DNA of 64,000 bases from an uncultured Candidatus Poseidoniales archaeon (GTDB taxonomy: Archaea; Thermoplasmatota; Poseidoniia; Poseidoniales; Poseidoniaceae). The number at the start of each line of letters is the position of its first letter. Within the stretch, counting starts at the first letter, position 1. The stretch covers positions 62,069-126,068 of the forward strand of contig CAJJAV010000003.1 in NCBI GenBank assembly GCA_905182125.1, written 5' to 3'. The notes beneath the pieces are model-generated. The model saw only the letters and a program-made list of their open reading frames with translations, was not told the origin of the DNA and did no database searches. Below, piece by piece: positions 29,903 to 39,459 of this stretch. A program made the position numbers and the translations under genes.

Positions 29903-29938
29903 GAGAGGTTCTCAACTACTGAACAAGGAGTTGAGAAG

Positions 29939-30952
29939 ATGAAGCAAGACACAAAACCAGAAACCAACACACTGAACACGAGCTCCCGAGGCCCAAAAGA
30001 AGACGGCGACAACAGCCATGCCATTCGGCGTACAGTCGAAGGCCACACCAGACCCTGCGAAGAATGCGGTGTCGTGGATTGGCAAATGGATGCAAGTCGA
30101 GGCGAAATCACCTGCAACGCATGTGGCATCGTCGTTGAAGAAAACGTCATCGACCCTGGAGCCGAGTGGACCAACAGAGACCGAAGCCAAGATCGCTCAC
30201 GTGTCGGACAACCCCTCACATACACACTGGCAGACAAGGGCCTCAACACCACCATCGATGTTCGAGACCTCAACACAGGCTCTGCCGGACGCCATGGTAT
30301 TTCTTCCCAAGCCCGTCGTGAATGGCGACGCCGAAGAGTTATCGATGAGCGTTCCAAAACTCGCAAGAGCCGGGAACGAAACCTCGTGCGAGCAAATCAA
30401 TTCATTCGCGACAATTCGGGGCTACCCAAGCCGCTGCAAGAAGAAGCTGCCCGGCTTTACCGACGTTTGTCTGGCGAAGGCTTCGTCACCGGTCGCTCGA
30501 TTGCAGGTGTCACCGCCGCTTGCACATACCTCGTTGCACGGCAAGAGAACCTTCCCCGTCAAATCCCTGACATCTCCCAGGCCTTCGATGTAACTGAAAA
30601 GGAATTGTCTCGGTTGATTCGTCAAGTATCCCGCCGGCTCAATCTCCACAAAATCTCGTCACCTGACCAGTACTTTGACAAATTCATTTCTGACCTCCAC
30701 CTGCCACCCAACACCCACATTCAGGTGGGGCACCTGTGGTCTGCGATCCAACCCCATGAAGATATTTGGCAAGGAAAGAAGCCGATGGGTGTTGCTGCAG
30801 CACTGATCTACAAGGCATCGCTCGAATCCGGTTCACCACGGACTCAATCTGAGGTCTGTGGCGTTGCCAATGTGTCTGAAGTAACCCTTAGGGGCTTGCT
30901 CCGTCTCATCGATGGTCTGCTCAGTCAACTTGGGTATGTATCAGAGCAGTGA
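29939..30952 (+). CDS. tfb: transcription initiation factor IIB (TFB)
   Basis: Zn ribbon CEEC...CNAC, IDPGAEW, SRVG.P, DKGL.T.I, ERNL, GRS, GKKP.G.AAA and VSEVTLR motifs; the true start is MKQDT, not the ORF-track start that overlaps purA. Confidence 0.95.
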   Translation: MKQDTKPETNTLNTSSRGPKEDGDNSHAIRRTVEGHTRPCEECGVVDWQMDASRGEITCNACGIVVEENVIDPGAEWTNRDRSQDRSRVGQPLTYTLADKGLNTTIDVRDLNTGSAGRHGISSQARREWRRRRVIDERSKTRKSRERNLVRANQFIRDNSGLPKPLQEEAARLYRRLSGEGFVTGRSIAGVTAACTYLVARQENLPRQIPDISQAFDVTEKELSRLIRQVSRRLNLHKISSPDQYFDKFISDLHLPPNTHIQVGHLWSAIQPHEDIWQGKKPMGVAAALIYKASLESGSPRTQSEVCGVANVSEVTLRGLLRLIDGLLSQLGYVSEQ

Positions 30953-31003
30953 GACAACTGTTCGGTGCCAACCTTGATGAATCGGACACCGGTCCAATGA
31001 GCC

Positions 31004-31282
31004 ATGGGCTTCAAAGCAAAGGCACAAAAGCACAAGGCGAACTCTGGCGAAACCGTCGATAAGACCAGCAAGAAAACCACCAAAGAAGGAGAAATCCCCT
31101 GTGGTGTCAACAGCTGTGAAAATTTCGCTGACAAGAGTTTTGGAGGCCGTTCCCTTTCAATCGACAACGCCGTCGATGTGTGGGGCGACAGTGGCTACAC
31201 GCAACGAAAGGGCCGAGTCCGTGTTTGCAAGTCCTGCTACCGCAAGTGGAAGAAGGACAGCAAAGATGAAGATTCGTATTGA
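31004..31282 (+). CDS. small basic Zn-finger-like protein
   Basis: 92 aa, Lys-rich, CGVNSC...VCKSCY. Confidence 0.7.
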   Translation: MGFKAKAQKHKANSGETVDKTSKKTTKEGEIPCGVNSCENFADKSFGGRSLSIDNAVDVWGDSGYTQRKGRVRVCKSCYRKWKKDSKDEDSY

Positions 31283-31351
31283 CGTTCACTTTCAGTTTCA
31301 CCTTATGGGTGTGCGAAACGAAAGAGTACCCCCGGCTCTGCTTAGCGGTGT

Positions 31352-31969
31352 ATGAACAACAGAGTCGTTGTCCGAAGTCTTGTCACACCAGAAGGATGCC
31401 TTGTCGCAATGGACGACGGCATGATCCAATGGCGACCAACCGATGGCACCAACAAAAGAGCAAAACTCGACGCTATTGCAACAGTCATGCTCGTACTCAA
31501 AGGGCCTTCATCTCGCATTGAGATTGCGGTTGTTGGCGATTCAAATGGAGGTGTCACACTGCTCTCTCTTCCGAACTTAGAACTGGTGGATAAGTTCACC
31601 ACCGAAGGAGGCATCGTACGATCCATGTGCACCGTTTCAGCGAGTGAGACTTCGTTCCTCGCAGCAACCCAAGGTGGGCAAGTATGGATGGTCGGAGCAC
31701 ATGTGCCTAACCGTAGAATCAAGTTGTTCACGCACAATGGGCCAATCACGAGCATGCGCTTGAATCAAAGCATCATCCACATTCAAAGTGGCTGGGACCG
31801 TGCTAATTATTCAATGGATGGAAATCAAACCACACGATTCGATGGCATGAAACCGTTTGAAGAGAAAGCCCAACAGAGAGCCAATAGACGTGCTAAGATT
31901 ATGGAATCAGAGCAGCGACGAAGCAACAAGCCACAGCCACTGATGCTTGATCTACCTGTGGTTGCTTAG
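31352..31969 (+). CDS. hypothetical protein, partial WD40/beta-propeller-like
   Basis: Repeating beta-strand units (VVGDSNGGVTLL, LAATQGGQVWMV, HNGPITSM). Confidence 0.6.
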   Translation: MNNRVVVRSLVTPEGCLVAMDDGMIQWRPTDGTNKRAKLDAIATVMLVLKGPSSRIEIAVVGDSNGGVTLLSLPNLELVDKFTTEGGIVRSMCTVSASETSFLAATQGGQVWMVGAHVPNRRIKLFTHNGPITSMRLNQSIIHIQSGWDRANYSMDGNQTTRFDGMKPFEEKAQQRANRRAKIMESEQRRSNKPQPLMLDLPVVA

Positions 31970-32730
31970 ACACTTTCTTTTTCTTCCAGCGGCCATGGTG
32001 GATGCGAACTGTACCAAACCGCAGTAGGCGCAGGCCGTCCCCATGAGACTGGTGCGGCTCCGTTCCGTTCTTCGCATGCTCGCAAAAACGTCACATGCCG
32101 GCTCAGAACCTCGGCCACATGATTTTTGCCACGAATGGCTGGACCTTGCAGCGGGACGATTGCGGAAGGTTGACGGCGCTTAATCTGCTCTAAACTTTCA
32201 ATCAACTCAGGTAAACACCCACCTGGTAAATCCCAACGAGCTGGCCGATCAGCGCGTGGAAGCAAACAACCCACGACCATCATGCTCTGCTCTTTGATCC
32301 AATACCCCATGCCATCCGGTGAACAACCCGGCAGGTGAACCGCTTCCACTTGTCCGTCACCCAGTGCAAATACCTCTCCATCGGTGCTCACTTCAGTTTG
32401 AAGAGGAGGCATATCAGAATCGTATCGGTTCGCCCAAGTGGTGAAAAAATCACCCGTCTCAAGGGCAGCTTGACCTTCTTCGTGAATGTGAACTGGGCAA
32501 TCTCCAAACATCTCAGAAATATGCTTGGCGCCACCCGAACACGGGTATCGCTTGCTGGTGAGTAAAATCCGATCGAGCGGTTGGTCTTCCCCAATCACCC
32601 CTTTGACACGTTCGACTTGGAGGCCCTGGTACCATGACGTCCCGGCATTGATGAGCAAGGACCCTGCGGCGCCTGTCACCACCACCACGTTTGAATCGTG
32701 GTGAATCCCCGGGAGGCGCAACACACGCAT
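31966..32730 (-). CDS. metallo-beta-lactamase-fold protein with degenerate metal ligands
   Basis: DSNV, LLINAG, ILLT......GG, HLPG.SPDG and R.DLPGG give the glyoxalase-II-like scaffold, but HxHxDH is replaced by SKRYPC; AGGAG upstream of MRVLRL. Confidence 0.75.
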   Translation of the reverse strand: MRVLRLPGIHHDSNVVVVTGAAGSLLINAGTSWYQGLQVERVKGVIGEDQPLDRILLTSKRYPCSGGAKHISEMFGDCPVHIHEEGQAALETGDFFTTWANRYDSDMPPLQTEVSTDGEVFALGDGQVEAVHLPGCSPDGMGYWIKEQSMMVVGCLLPRADRPARWDLPGGCLPELIESLEQIKRRQPSAIVPLQGPAIRGKNHVAEVLSRHVTFLRACEERNGAAPVSWGRPAPTAVWYSSHPPWPLEEKESV

Positions 32731-32838
32731 ACCCGCTCCTAGCAGCGGAGGGCTTTGAACACTGCTCAAAGTGAAGGTCATTGGAACCGAGGTCAACTAA
32801 AAGGCCGCACTGTCCCACATTGAACGGCTCGGTTGTGA

Positions 32839-32845
32839 TTAAATA
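32839..32845 (+). promoter_or_regulatory. putative TATA box of rpl40e (leaderless or near-leaderless transcript)
   Basis: TTAAATA ending 21 bp before the ATG. Confidence 0.5.
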
Positions 32846-32866
32846 GGGGGAGTTAGTCGCTGAGGC

Positions 32867-33016
32867 ATGGCACGATTCCCGGAAGCAGAAGCTCGCTTGC
32901 TCCACCGCAAGATTTGCATGCGCTGTAACGCACGCAACGCTGTCCGTGCCGCTCGCTGCCGAAAGTGCAGTTACAAAGGCCTCCGGGCTAAGAACATCGA
33001 GCGTAAGGGCGCTTGA
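32867..33016 (+). CDS. rpl40e: 50S ribosomal protein L40e (not in the ORF track, 49 aa)
   Basis: Manual translation: [49 protein letters not shown]. Confidence 0.95.
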   Translation: MARFPEAEARLLHRKICMRCNARNAVRAARCRKCSYKGLRAKNIERKGA

Positions 33017-33048
33017 TTTTACTTCACTCTTCACATTGCTTGGTTTGT

Positions 33049-34047
33049 TCACAAACCCAGCCATGGCATGATCAACATCATCGGATCACCAATCAATACG
33101 AGTGGTGCAATTGCTGGGAACAAGAACACCAACAAAGGTAATTTTGAACTGACCCAAACTTGGTCAATGCCTGCATCTTCAAGGACATCCAATGAAGCCT
33201 GGAGCGCTTCTTGTGTGGGTGTTGTGCGAGGCGCTCTGGAACGATGATGTGCCCGAGTGCTGCCATCTGGCAGATCAATGAGGGTTGTCAAAAGCCATAC
33301 GTGTCGGGTAAGAACTTCATCTCGGGCGATTTTCGATGCGTGCCAGGCCAATCGTAAATCTCCAACGCTCTTGACGTTCCCTGCTGATAGGTTCTTGGCC
33401 AAAAGAAGGAAGGGTATCACCAAGAAACTCAGACCACCCCACATCAAAAGAGCAAGGCTTGGCGGTAGAGCAACGAGTGCTGAAGATGTCGCTTGTGAGA
33501 ACAAAAGGGGAACAGTGGTCCAATCTGGTATCAAAATGGCTACCCACATCAAAGCCTTGGCATCAGCACCGCCATGAAGCAAGCGTAATCTCCAAGCAAG
33601 ATCCACGATCAGGACCACAAACAAGACCGACAAGGTTCGCCACCAAAGAGCACCCAAGGTTGCATCACCGTTGATCATCACATCGAGTGGGCTTGTCGAT
33701 TGGTATCGAATCGCCCCCATGATCAAACCCATGGCGCTGATCATGTACCAAAAGGTCACGGTGAGGTCCATCCTTGAGCCGCGGCGAAGATCACTCCATG
33801 AAGGACGGCCAAGGACTGCTCCGCTAGCATAGGCAACAACCGCTGATGCTGTGAGATAGATTGTAAAATCTGCACCTTGGTTCATCAGATCTAGCGCCCA
33901 CAGGAAAAGGGCTGGTTTCACCCACACCAGCCAATGTTCATTGCTGACTCGACGCTCTTTGTGGTCCATCCAAGCAGCCCAACCCATACCGAGGGTGAGA
34001 GCAAAGATACGCGACCATCCAAGAAGGTCCGTCTCACTGATGTCCAT
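33049..34047 (-). CDS. flaK: prepilin/prearchaellin peptidase (A24, FlaK/PibD type)
   Basis: AAWMD.KERRVSN..W (first Asp), GGADAKAL (GxGD-type second Asp) and C-terminal VWVS.K.P.L motifs; multi-TM. Confidence 0.8.
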   Translation of the reverse strand: MDISETDLLGWSRIFALTLGMGWAAWMDHKERRVSNEHWLVWVKPALFLWALDLMNQGADFTIYLTASAVVAYASGAVLGRPSWSDLRRGSRMDLTVTFWYMISAMGLIMGAIRYQSTSPLDVMINGDATLGALWWRTLSVLFVVLIVDLAWRLRLLHGGADAKALMWVAILIPDWTTVPLLFSQATSSALVALPPSLALLMWGGLSFLVIPFLLLAKNLSAGNVKSVGDLRLAWHASKIARDEVLTRHVWLLTTLIDLPDGSTRAHHRSRAPRTTPTQEALQASLDVLEDAGIDQVWVSSKLPLLVFLFPAIAPLVLIGDPMMLIMPWLGL

Positions 34048-34122
34048 GATGTGCGGGGTGCGGCAATCAACTTAAAGACGGCCTACACACAGCAACAGGT
34101 AGCGACCAAAGGGGCTGTAATT

Positions 34123-34389
34123 ATGGATATCGAATCTCGTCTTCTGCAAGTGGCCACCGTCATCAACCAACTTGATGATCCCAAAGTACCACGAAACATC
34201 CGCCGTCAAGCAAAAGAAGCCTGTGAAAACTGGTTGTTGAACAAAGCCAAGAAAATCGATGTTCGTATCGCAATGGCCCAATCAAAACTCGAAGAGTTGT
34301 ACGAAGATCCAAATATTCCCCCGGAATTCGGCACGTTGATTTTGATGATCAACACCGAGCTGGAAAAGATTCTAACTGAAGTTCTGTGA
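34123..34389 (+). CDS. UPF0147 family protein
   Basis: D..VPRNIRR.A and LEE...DPNIP signature. Confidence 0.85.
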   Translation: MDIESRLLQVATVINQLDDPKVPRNIRRQAKEACENWLLNKAKKIDVRIAMAQSKLEELYEDPNIPPEFGTLILMINTELEKILTEVL

Positions 34390-35814
34390 TCACTCTTCTT
34401 CTTCAATCGCCTTCAAAAGGCGGTTTAGAAGTGGGCGAACTGATTTGTCAATCTTTCCTTGGTGAAGTGAAGTTGTTGCCTCAGCTGCAAGATTTTGGTT
34501 GTGTCGCAGTTCGTCCGCCACTCCTCCAATAAGGTCCAATTGATCGTCAGTGATTCGGTTCCGGCGAAGGACCCGCTCGATTGCAACACGACCCGATATC
34601 AATTTGATCTGGCGGTTCGAATACCCGAGAACTTCCTGCAGTTGCGTGAGTGACTGAGTCTCAAACGAGGATAAACGGCCATCTTTCATTGCTTCGATCC
34701 ACGCTTCGTCGATGGAAGGAGCACGTTCAGAAAGAAGGATTGAAATTGGGCGTGTCGCTTCAATATTCTCAAGGACGATTTTTATGATCACCGCAAAGGG
34801 CACTGCTAAAATCATGCCAAGGATCCCCCATCCGGCAAAAGAGATGGCGGTGACAAGAAGCAAAACCACAGGTGACAAATCGAGAGCCCGACCAGCCCAT
34901 CGTGTTTCGATGATTTGACCCCATACTTGTTGGTTGGTCAAAAGCAAGAGAATTAGCAGCGTGAGGTACGCTGGATCAAGCAGAATCAAACCAAGAACAA
35001 TCGGTGGCAAGGTTGCAATCAGTGATCCAATGTACGGGACATAATTGAGCAAGAAGGTCAACAAAGCCCAAGTAAACCACAAATCAATACCGAAGAAGAG
35101 CATGATCATTCCTGCACAGAAGGCGGTTCCGAACCCTACACCTGTTTTCACGACGATGTAGGTGTTGACGCTTGCTTCAATCTTAGCCCGAATAATTTGG
35201 ACTTTTTCGCTGGCACCGCCCGGCCATGCACGTTCGATACGACCAGGAAGCAAACTTGCTTCGAAAATGATGAAGATTAAGAAGAACATCACGGTGACGC
35301 TTGTCACAAGTACAGATCCAACTCCAGCAAGCATTCCAACCGCTGCATCAGAAATCTTTTGATCGTTTTCAAGCACACCCCACAAGGCCAGATCTTCAAC
35401 TAAGGTATTGTTTAATGCAGCATCATCTTCAAACGCTGTCGAAACGATTGGCGTGGCTTTGATGTCATGCCAGCGGTCATCGAGCAAACCATTGTACTCT
35501 TCCATTTTTGCTTCATCCTCGACGACTTCAGCCGCTTGCTGGTAAGCGAAAAATGCTGCTGAAGAAACCACTAAAAGCGTGAACAAAACCATCGTCAGGT
35601 AGGAAAGGATGACGGGGAATCCATTCGTAGAAAGGTAGTCGGAACCAGGTTTGAGGACAAAGTAAATTGCGAGTGCAACGAAAAAGGGTTGCAGCACTCC
35701 CTTGAGAACAATCAGCCATACCACAGCCAATGTAATGATGATGAGCACATGAGCAAATGTGGAGACCCTACGGTTAAACCGGCCGGAATCCCATGCTGTG
35801 TTTGCGTGTTCCAT
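34390..35814 (-). CDS. AI-2E family transporter with a C-terminal soluble extension
   Basis: LQPFFVAL, Y..VKT, FLLNYVPYIGS, LDLSP and WGILGMILAVP motifs; start MEHANT. Confidence 0.85.
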   Translation of the reverse strand: MEHANTAWDSGRFNRRVSTFAHVLIIITLAVVWLIVLKGVLQPFFVALAIYFVLKPGSDYLSTNGFPVILSYLTMVLFTLLVVSSAAFFAYQQAAEVVEDEAKMEEYNGLLDDRWHDIKATPIVSTAFEDDAALNNTLVEDLALWGVLENDQKISDAAVGMLAGVGSVLVTSVTVMFFLIFIIFEASLLPGRIERAWPGGASEKVQIIRAKIEASVNTYIVVKTGVGFGTAFCAGMIMLFFGIDLWFTWALLTFLLNYVPYIGSLIATLPPIVLGLILLDPAYLTLLILLLLTNQQVWGQIIETRWAGRALDLSPVVLLLVTAISFAGWGILGMILAVPFAVIIKIVLENIEATRPISILLSERAPSIDEAWIEAMKDGRLSSFETQSLTQLQEVLGYSNRQIKLISGRVAIERVLRRNRITDDQLDLIGGVADELRHNQNLAAEATTSLHQGKIDKSVRPLLNRLLKAIEEEE

Positions 35815-35854
35815 AGCAATGGCGCCCCTACAAACCACTTGAAGATAATCCAGT

Positions 35855-37231
35855 TTATTCGGATTCTGCAAGGTTTTGCTGCTGATTCGAATCGCTGTCG
35901 CCCGGAAGTGGGGGTAAACGAAGGGACAAAAGTGCTGCACAAATCATCAACAATCCGCACAAATGGAAGGCTGTATGGTAATCAAAGGGCCATTCCCTCG
36001 CATCTGTAAAAACCCACACGAAGCCACCGGTGAGTGGACCCATGATGCGAGCCAGTGCTCCGACTGATTCCTGCGCACCCATCACCACGCCTAACTCGTA
36101 GCCTTCTGCTTTGGCGATACGGGTCAGGAACGACGACGAAGAGGGTTGGAACAAACCGTTCCCAATGGAGATGAGACCCCCAGCGATCAGAATGTGGATC
36201 CAACGTTGTTCAAATTGCGTGTAAGGAATCAAAACAAGTCCAACACCCGTCACTAAAATCGCCATCGGAATCAAGCGACGGGTGCCGAACCTTCGACTGA
36301 GCGGCCCAATAAGGAAACCTTGAGTCAAAATTCCTGTGATGCCAATCATGGCGAACACACGGCCATTTTCAGCCTCGGAAAACGACAATCCTCCATCTGA
36401 TGGGCTCATTTGGGTGTAGAGAATAAACACGGCATGCATGATAGTGAAGCCGAATATGAACAACATCGAAACCCAAATCACGACCGATACATTACCTGAC
36501 CGAAGCATGGACCCCGTGCTTTTCAAGGTACCAACCATGCCTGCAGCCCAAGATTTCTGTTCGTTTTTATTGCGGAATTCGGGAGGTAAGGATTCTGGTA
36601 GGTTGCGGATGGCCACGAGCAAGGACAGAACGGAAAGAAGGCTTGCAACTGCACAAGGGAGCAAATAGGGATTGGTGTCAAAGATGGTACCTTCGAACCA
36701 AGCCCACCTGCTAGCAGGGTCGGATAACTCTCCACCTATGAAGGGTCCAAACGTGAACCCAAGGCCAAATGCAGCCCCAATCAAGCCCATGCGAGTCGCC
36801 AATTGTTGAGGGGTGCTTACATCCCCAATGTAGGCACGGGCCACTGCTAAGTTACCATTGAACACACCAGCGAGGAAGCGGGCAAGCAGAGCTAAAACCA
36901 GCGTGTTAGCAAGCCCAAACATGGTGAAGAACACCGTGTTTCCGACCAATCCAACCATCAATACGGGGCGACGGCCAATGCGATCTGAAAGGGAACCCCA
37001 GAATGGGGAGAAGAGAAACTGGGCCGCTGAATAAGAGGTCATCAAGACCCCGACCCAAATTCCAATGTTTGCCTCTTGATTGGCTGGTGTGAGATCTTCG
37101 ACCAGGTAGGTCAGAAATGGGATCACAATGCCAAAACCAATCATGTCGATAACAGTGACAAGAAAGAGGACCAGAAGCGCACCTTTGCTCGCATCAACAA
37201 CAGGCGCAGAGCGTTTTGTTGATGTGTCCAT
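35855..37231 (-). CDS. MFS transporter, TetA/DHA1-like
   Basis: DMIGFGIVIP, GSLSDRIGRRPVL and GAAFGLGF.FGP.IGG motifs; about 12 TM. Confidence 0.9.
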   Translation of the reverse strand: MDTSTKRSAPVVDASKGALLVLFLVTVIDMIGFGIVIPFLTYLVEDLTPANQEANIGIWVGVLMTSYSAAQFLFSPFWGSLSDRIGRRPVLMVGLVGNTVFFTMFGLANTLVLALLARFLAGVFNGNLAVARAYIGDVSTPQQLATRMGLIGAAFGLGFTFGPFIGGELSDPASRWAWFEGTIFDTNPYLLPCAVASLLSVLSLLVAIRNLPESLPPEFRNKNEQKSWAAGMVGTLKSTGSMLRSGNVSVVIWVSMLFIFGFTIMHAVFILYTQMSPSDGGLSFSEAENGRVFAMIGITGILTQGFLIGPLSRRFGTRRLIPMAILVTGVGLVLIPYTQFEQRWIHILIAGGLISIGNGLFQPSSSSFLTRIAKAEGYELGVVMGAQESVGALARIMGPLTGGFVWVFTDAREWPFDYHTAFHLCGLLMICAALLSLRLPPLPGDSDSNQQQNLAESE

Positions 37232-37305
37232 GCGTCTGCCAATCACGCGGCCTTCTTGTACCCAGCGGGGCATCAGCCTTCGGATATGTTCCGAATGGAA
37301 GCGAT

Positions 37306-39384
37306 TCAAGCCGACTGGATCTTGGCTGGCAGAGGGGTCAGCCGGTCGATGACGGCGCCGAGGCGCTCAACCAGACTTTCTTTGCCAGCGTGCTTGATGA
37401 GTGCGATTTCCATCACTTCATCGAGCGTGTCCACGGGGATCACTTCAATCATTGATTCATACTTGGTATCCAGAAGAACGTCTTGCATGTTGGCACGAGG
37501 TACCACAACAACCTTGATTCCTGAACGGGCTGCTGCCTCGATTTTCGCAGTGACTCCGCCAATTGGAAGCACTTCCCCTCGTACTGAGAGCGAGCCAGTC
37601 ATGGCCAGATCCTGACGGATTGGGATGCTTTCAAGCGCAGAAATAATCGCTGTTGCAATGGTGATCGAGGCGGAATCGCCATCCACACCGTGTGTATCAA
37701 CAAATTGAATGTGAATGTCGTAGTCCGAGATATCCTTGCCCGTGAGTTTTTTAATGACTGCGCTCACGTTGGTAACGCTTTCTTTTGCCAAATCGGAAAG
37801 TCCACCAGTTGCGTGGATTTTACCTCCGCCACCCTGCGATGGGGTGACAAGTGCTTCAACTGGGAGCATGATTCCACTAAAGTCAGAGAGTCCGGAATTC
37901 GCACCGAGGACGGCTAAACCATTGACACGACCGATGCGCTCTCCGGAATTGACGATGAGGGCGTAGTCTTGGCGGCGTTCAATCATACGGTCTGCAACTT
38001 GCTGTTCCAGTGGCTTGGCGATGTTTCGAGCACCGAGGACGTGGGCAGCGGTGGTGAGCGAAGCTCCTTCTTCCATTGCAAGGTCACCCGCAATTCTGAC
38101 GAGCCCCCCGAGTTCACGAAGGCGCAGGGAAAGTTTTCCACGGCGTCCAGCACGTCGTTGTGCTTCTCGCAAAATAATAGCGACTGCACTCTTGTCAAAG
38201 TGAGGTATTTCGCGGCTTGTGCCCATGTCCCGTAGGACTTCCTGGGCGATGAACCGAATCAAGCGTCGGCGGTTTCGAGCGGTGTCTGGCATTTCAGAAT
38301 TGACGTAGACTTCGTATCCATAGCCACGGATACGGCTGCGCAATGCTGGGTGCATGCCTTGGATAGCATCGAGGTTCCCTGCTGCAATGAGGATGAAGTC
38401 ACAAGGGACGGGTTCCGTCTTGGTGAGCGCACCTGAGGATCGTTCTGAGCGTCCAGAGATAGGGAAGGCTCGCTCTTGCATTGCTGTGAGCAGAGCTTGC
38501 TGCTCTTCGAGCCTCAAGAGGTTCACTTCGTCGATGTAAAGCACGCCTTTGTGAGCGCGGTGAATTGCACCGGGCTCAACTCGGTCGTGAGCCGGTGTTT
38601 CCATGCCACCGGATTGGAAGGGGTCGTGACGGACATCCCCTAGAAGGGAGCCTGAAAGGGTGGCTGTAGCGTCAACAAAGGGAGGTAGTTCGGAACTATC
38701 GTGCTTGACCAAAACCTTTGGAATACGACTCTCATCGCCCGAACTCAATCGACCACGGATGAACATATAACCAAACATGAGGAGGAAACCACCGAACAGA
38801 AGGGTGATGATGTCACCGGATTGAAGGGTTGCAATCAGCAGGAGGAAACCCACTGCCGCAAAAGCGATGAGAAGCATCTTCTGTGAACGTTCCCGTTGGG
38901 TGCGATTTGATTCTTTTTGCAACTTGACGATTCTGGCGCCTCGACCAGCAGGGACTGAGCGGACACGAGGTTCATTTTCATCGTCTTCGTTTGGATAGAC
39001 AAGCAGGTCTTCAAGTGCGTCCTTTGGAAGCAAATCAGTCATCGAACGAGCCAGCATGGATTTGCCTGTCCCTGGGTCGCCAATCATGAGCATGTGGCGT
39101 CGTTGTTCGGCTGCTTTCCGAATGACAACGGATCCAGCTTCTTGGCCAATCACTTGGTCAACAAGTCGGTCAGGAATTGGGACATCTTCTGTTGAGTCAA
39201 AGGAAACGGACTTGATCCAATCCTCGACGCTTTCGACCACAACGTCATCTGCTTCTGCTGAGGGCTCAGGTGACCAAACAGTCACCAACGTAGTGTCCTC
39301 TTCGGGGGCTACCTGCTCAATGGGAACAGGGCCGTCACCAGCCGCCTCGACATGTGCATCAGCGCTGTCAGTGTCTTCGGTCAC
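37306..39384 (-). CDS. lonB: archaeal membrane-anchored ATP-dependent protease LonB
   Basis: [14 protein letters not shown], a two-TM insertion, [22 protein letters not shown] (Ser) and [10 protein letters not shown] (Lys) motifs. Confidence 0.96.
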   Translation of the reverse strand: MTEDTDSADAHVEAAGDGPVPIEQVAPEEDTTLVTVWSPEPSAEADDVVVESVEDWIKSVSFDSTEDVPIPDRLVDQVIGQEAGSVVIRKAAEQRRHMLMIGDPGTGKSMLARSMTDLLPKDALEDLLVYPNEDDENEPRVRSVPAGRGARIVKLQKESNRTQRERSQKMLLIAFAAVGFLLLIATLQSGDIITLLFGGFLLMFGYMFIRGRLSSGDESRIPKVLVKHDSSELPPFVDATATLSGSLLGDVRHDPFQSGGMETPAHDRVEPGAIHRAHKGVLYIDEVNLLRLEEQQALLTAMQERAFPISGRSERSSGALTKTEPVPCDFILIAAGNLDAIQGMHPALRSRIRGYGYEVYVNSEMPDTARNRRRLIRFIAQEVLRDMGTSREIPHFDKSAVAIILREAQRRAGRRGKLSLRLRELGGLVRIAGDLAMEEGASLTTAAHVLGARNIAKPLEQQVADRMIERRQDYALIVNSGERIGRVNGLAVLGANSGLSDFSGIMLPVEALVTPSQGGGGKIHATGGLSDLAKESVTNVSAVIKKLTGKDISDYDIHIQFVDTHGVDGDSASITIATAIISALESIPIRQDLAMTGSLSVRGEVLPIGGVTAKIEAAARSGIKVVVVPRANMQDVLLDTKYESMIEVIPVDTLDEVMEIALIKHAGKESLVERLGAVIDRLTPLPAKIQSA

Positions 39385-39459
39385 AATGTATCCTCCACGC
39401 TACTCCCCTTTATGGGTTTACAATCCACCACATATCAAGTTGTGATGGAAGTCATTGAC

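Noticed and set aside
29531-29938. Long N-terminal extensions in the ORF track (tfb here; also GPx, the alpha/beta hydrolase, the UPF0147 gene, the DNase and the AI-2E transporter)
   Set aside because: They overlap neighbouring genes or promoters and precede the recognisable family start; treated as ORF-calling artefacts.
31283-31351. GAAAC/GAAA-containing intergenic stretch considered as a ribozyme or ncRNA
   Set aside because: There is no CTGANGA core or convincing stems; the region is short and better explained as terminator/promoter sequence.
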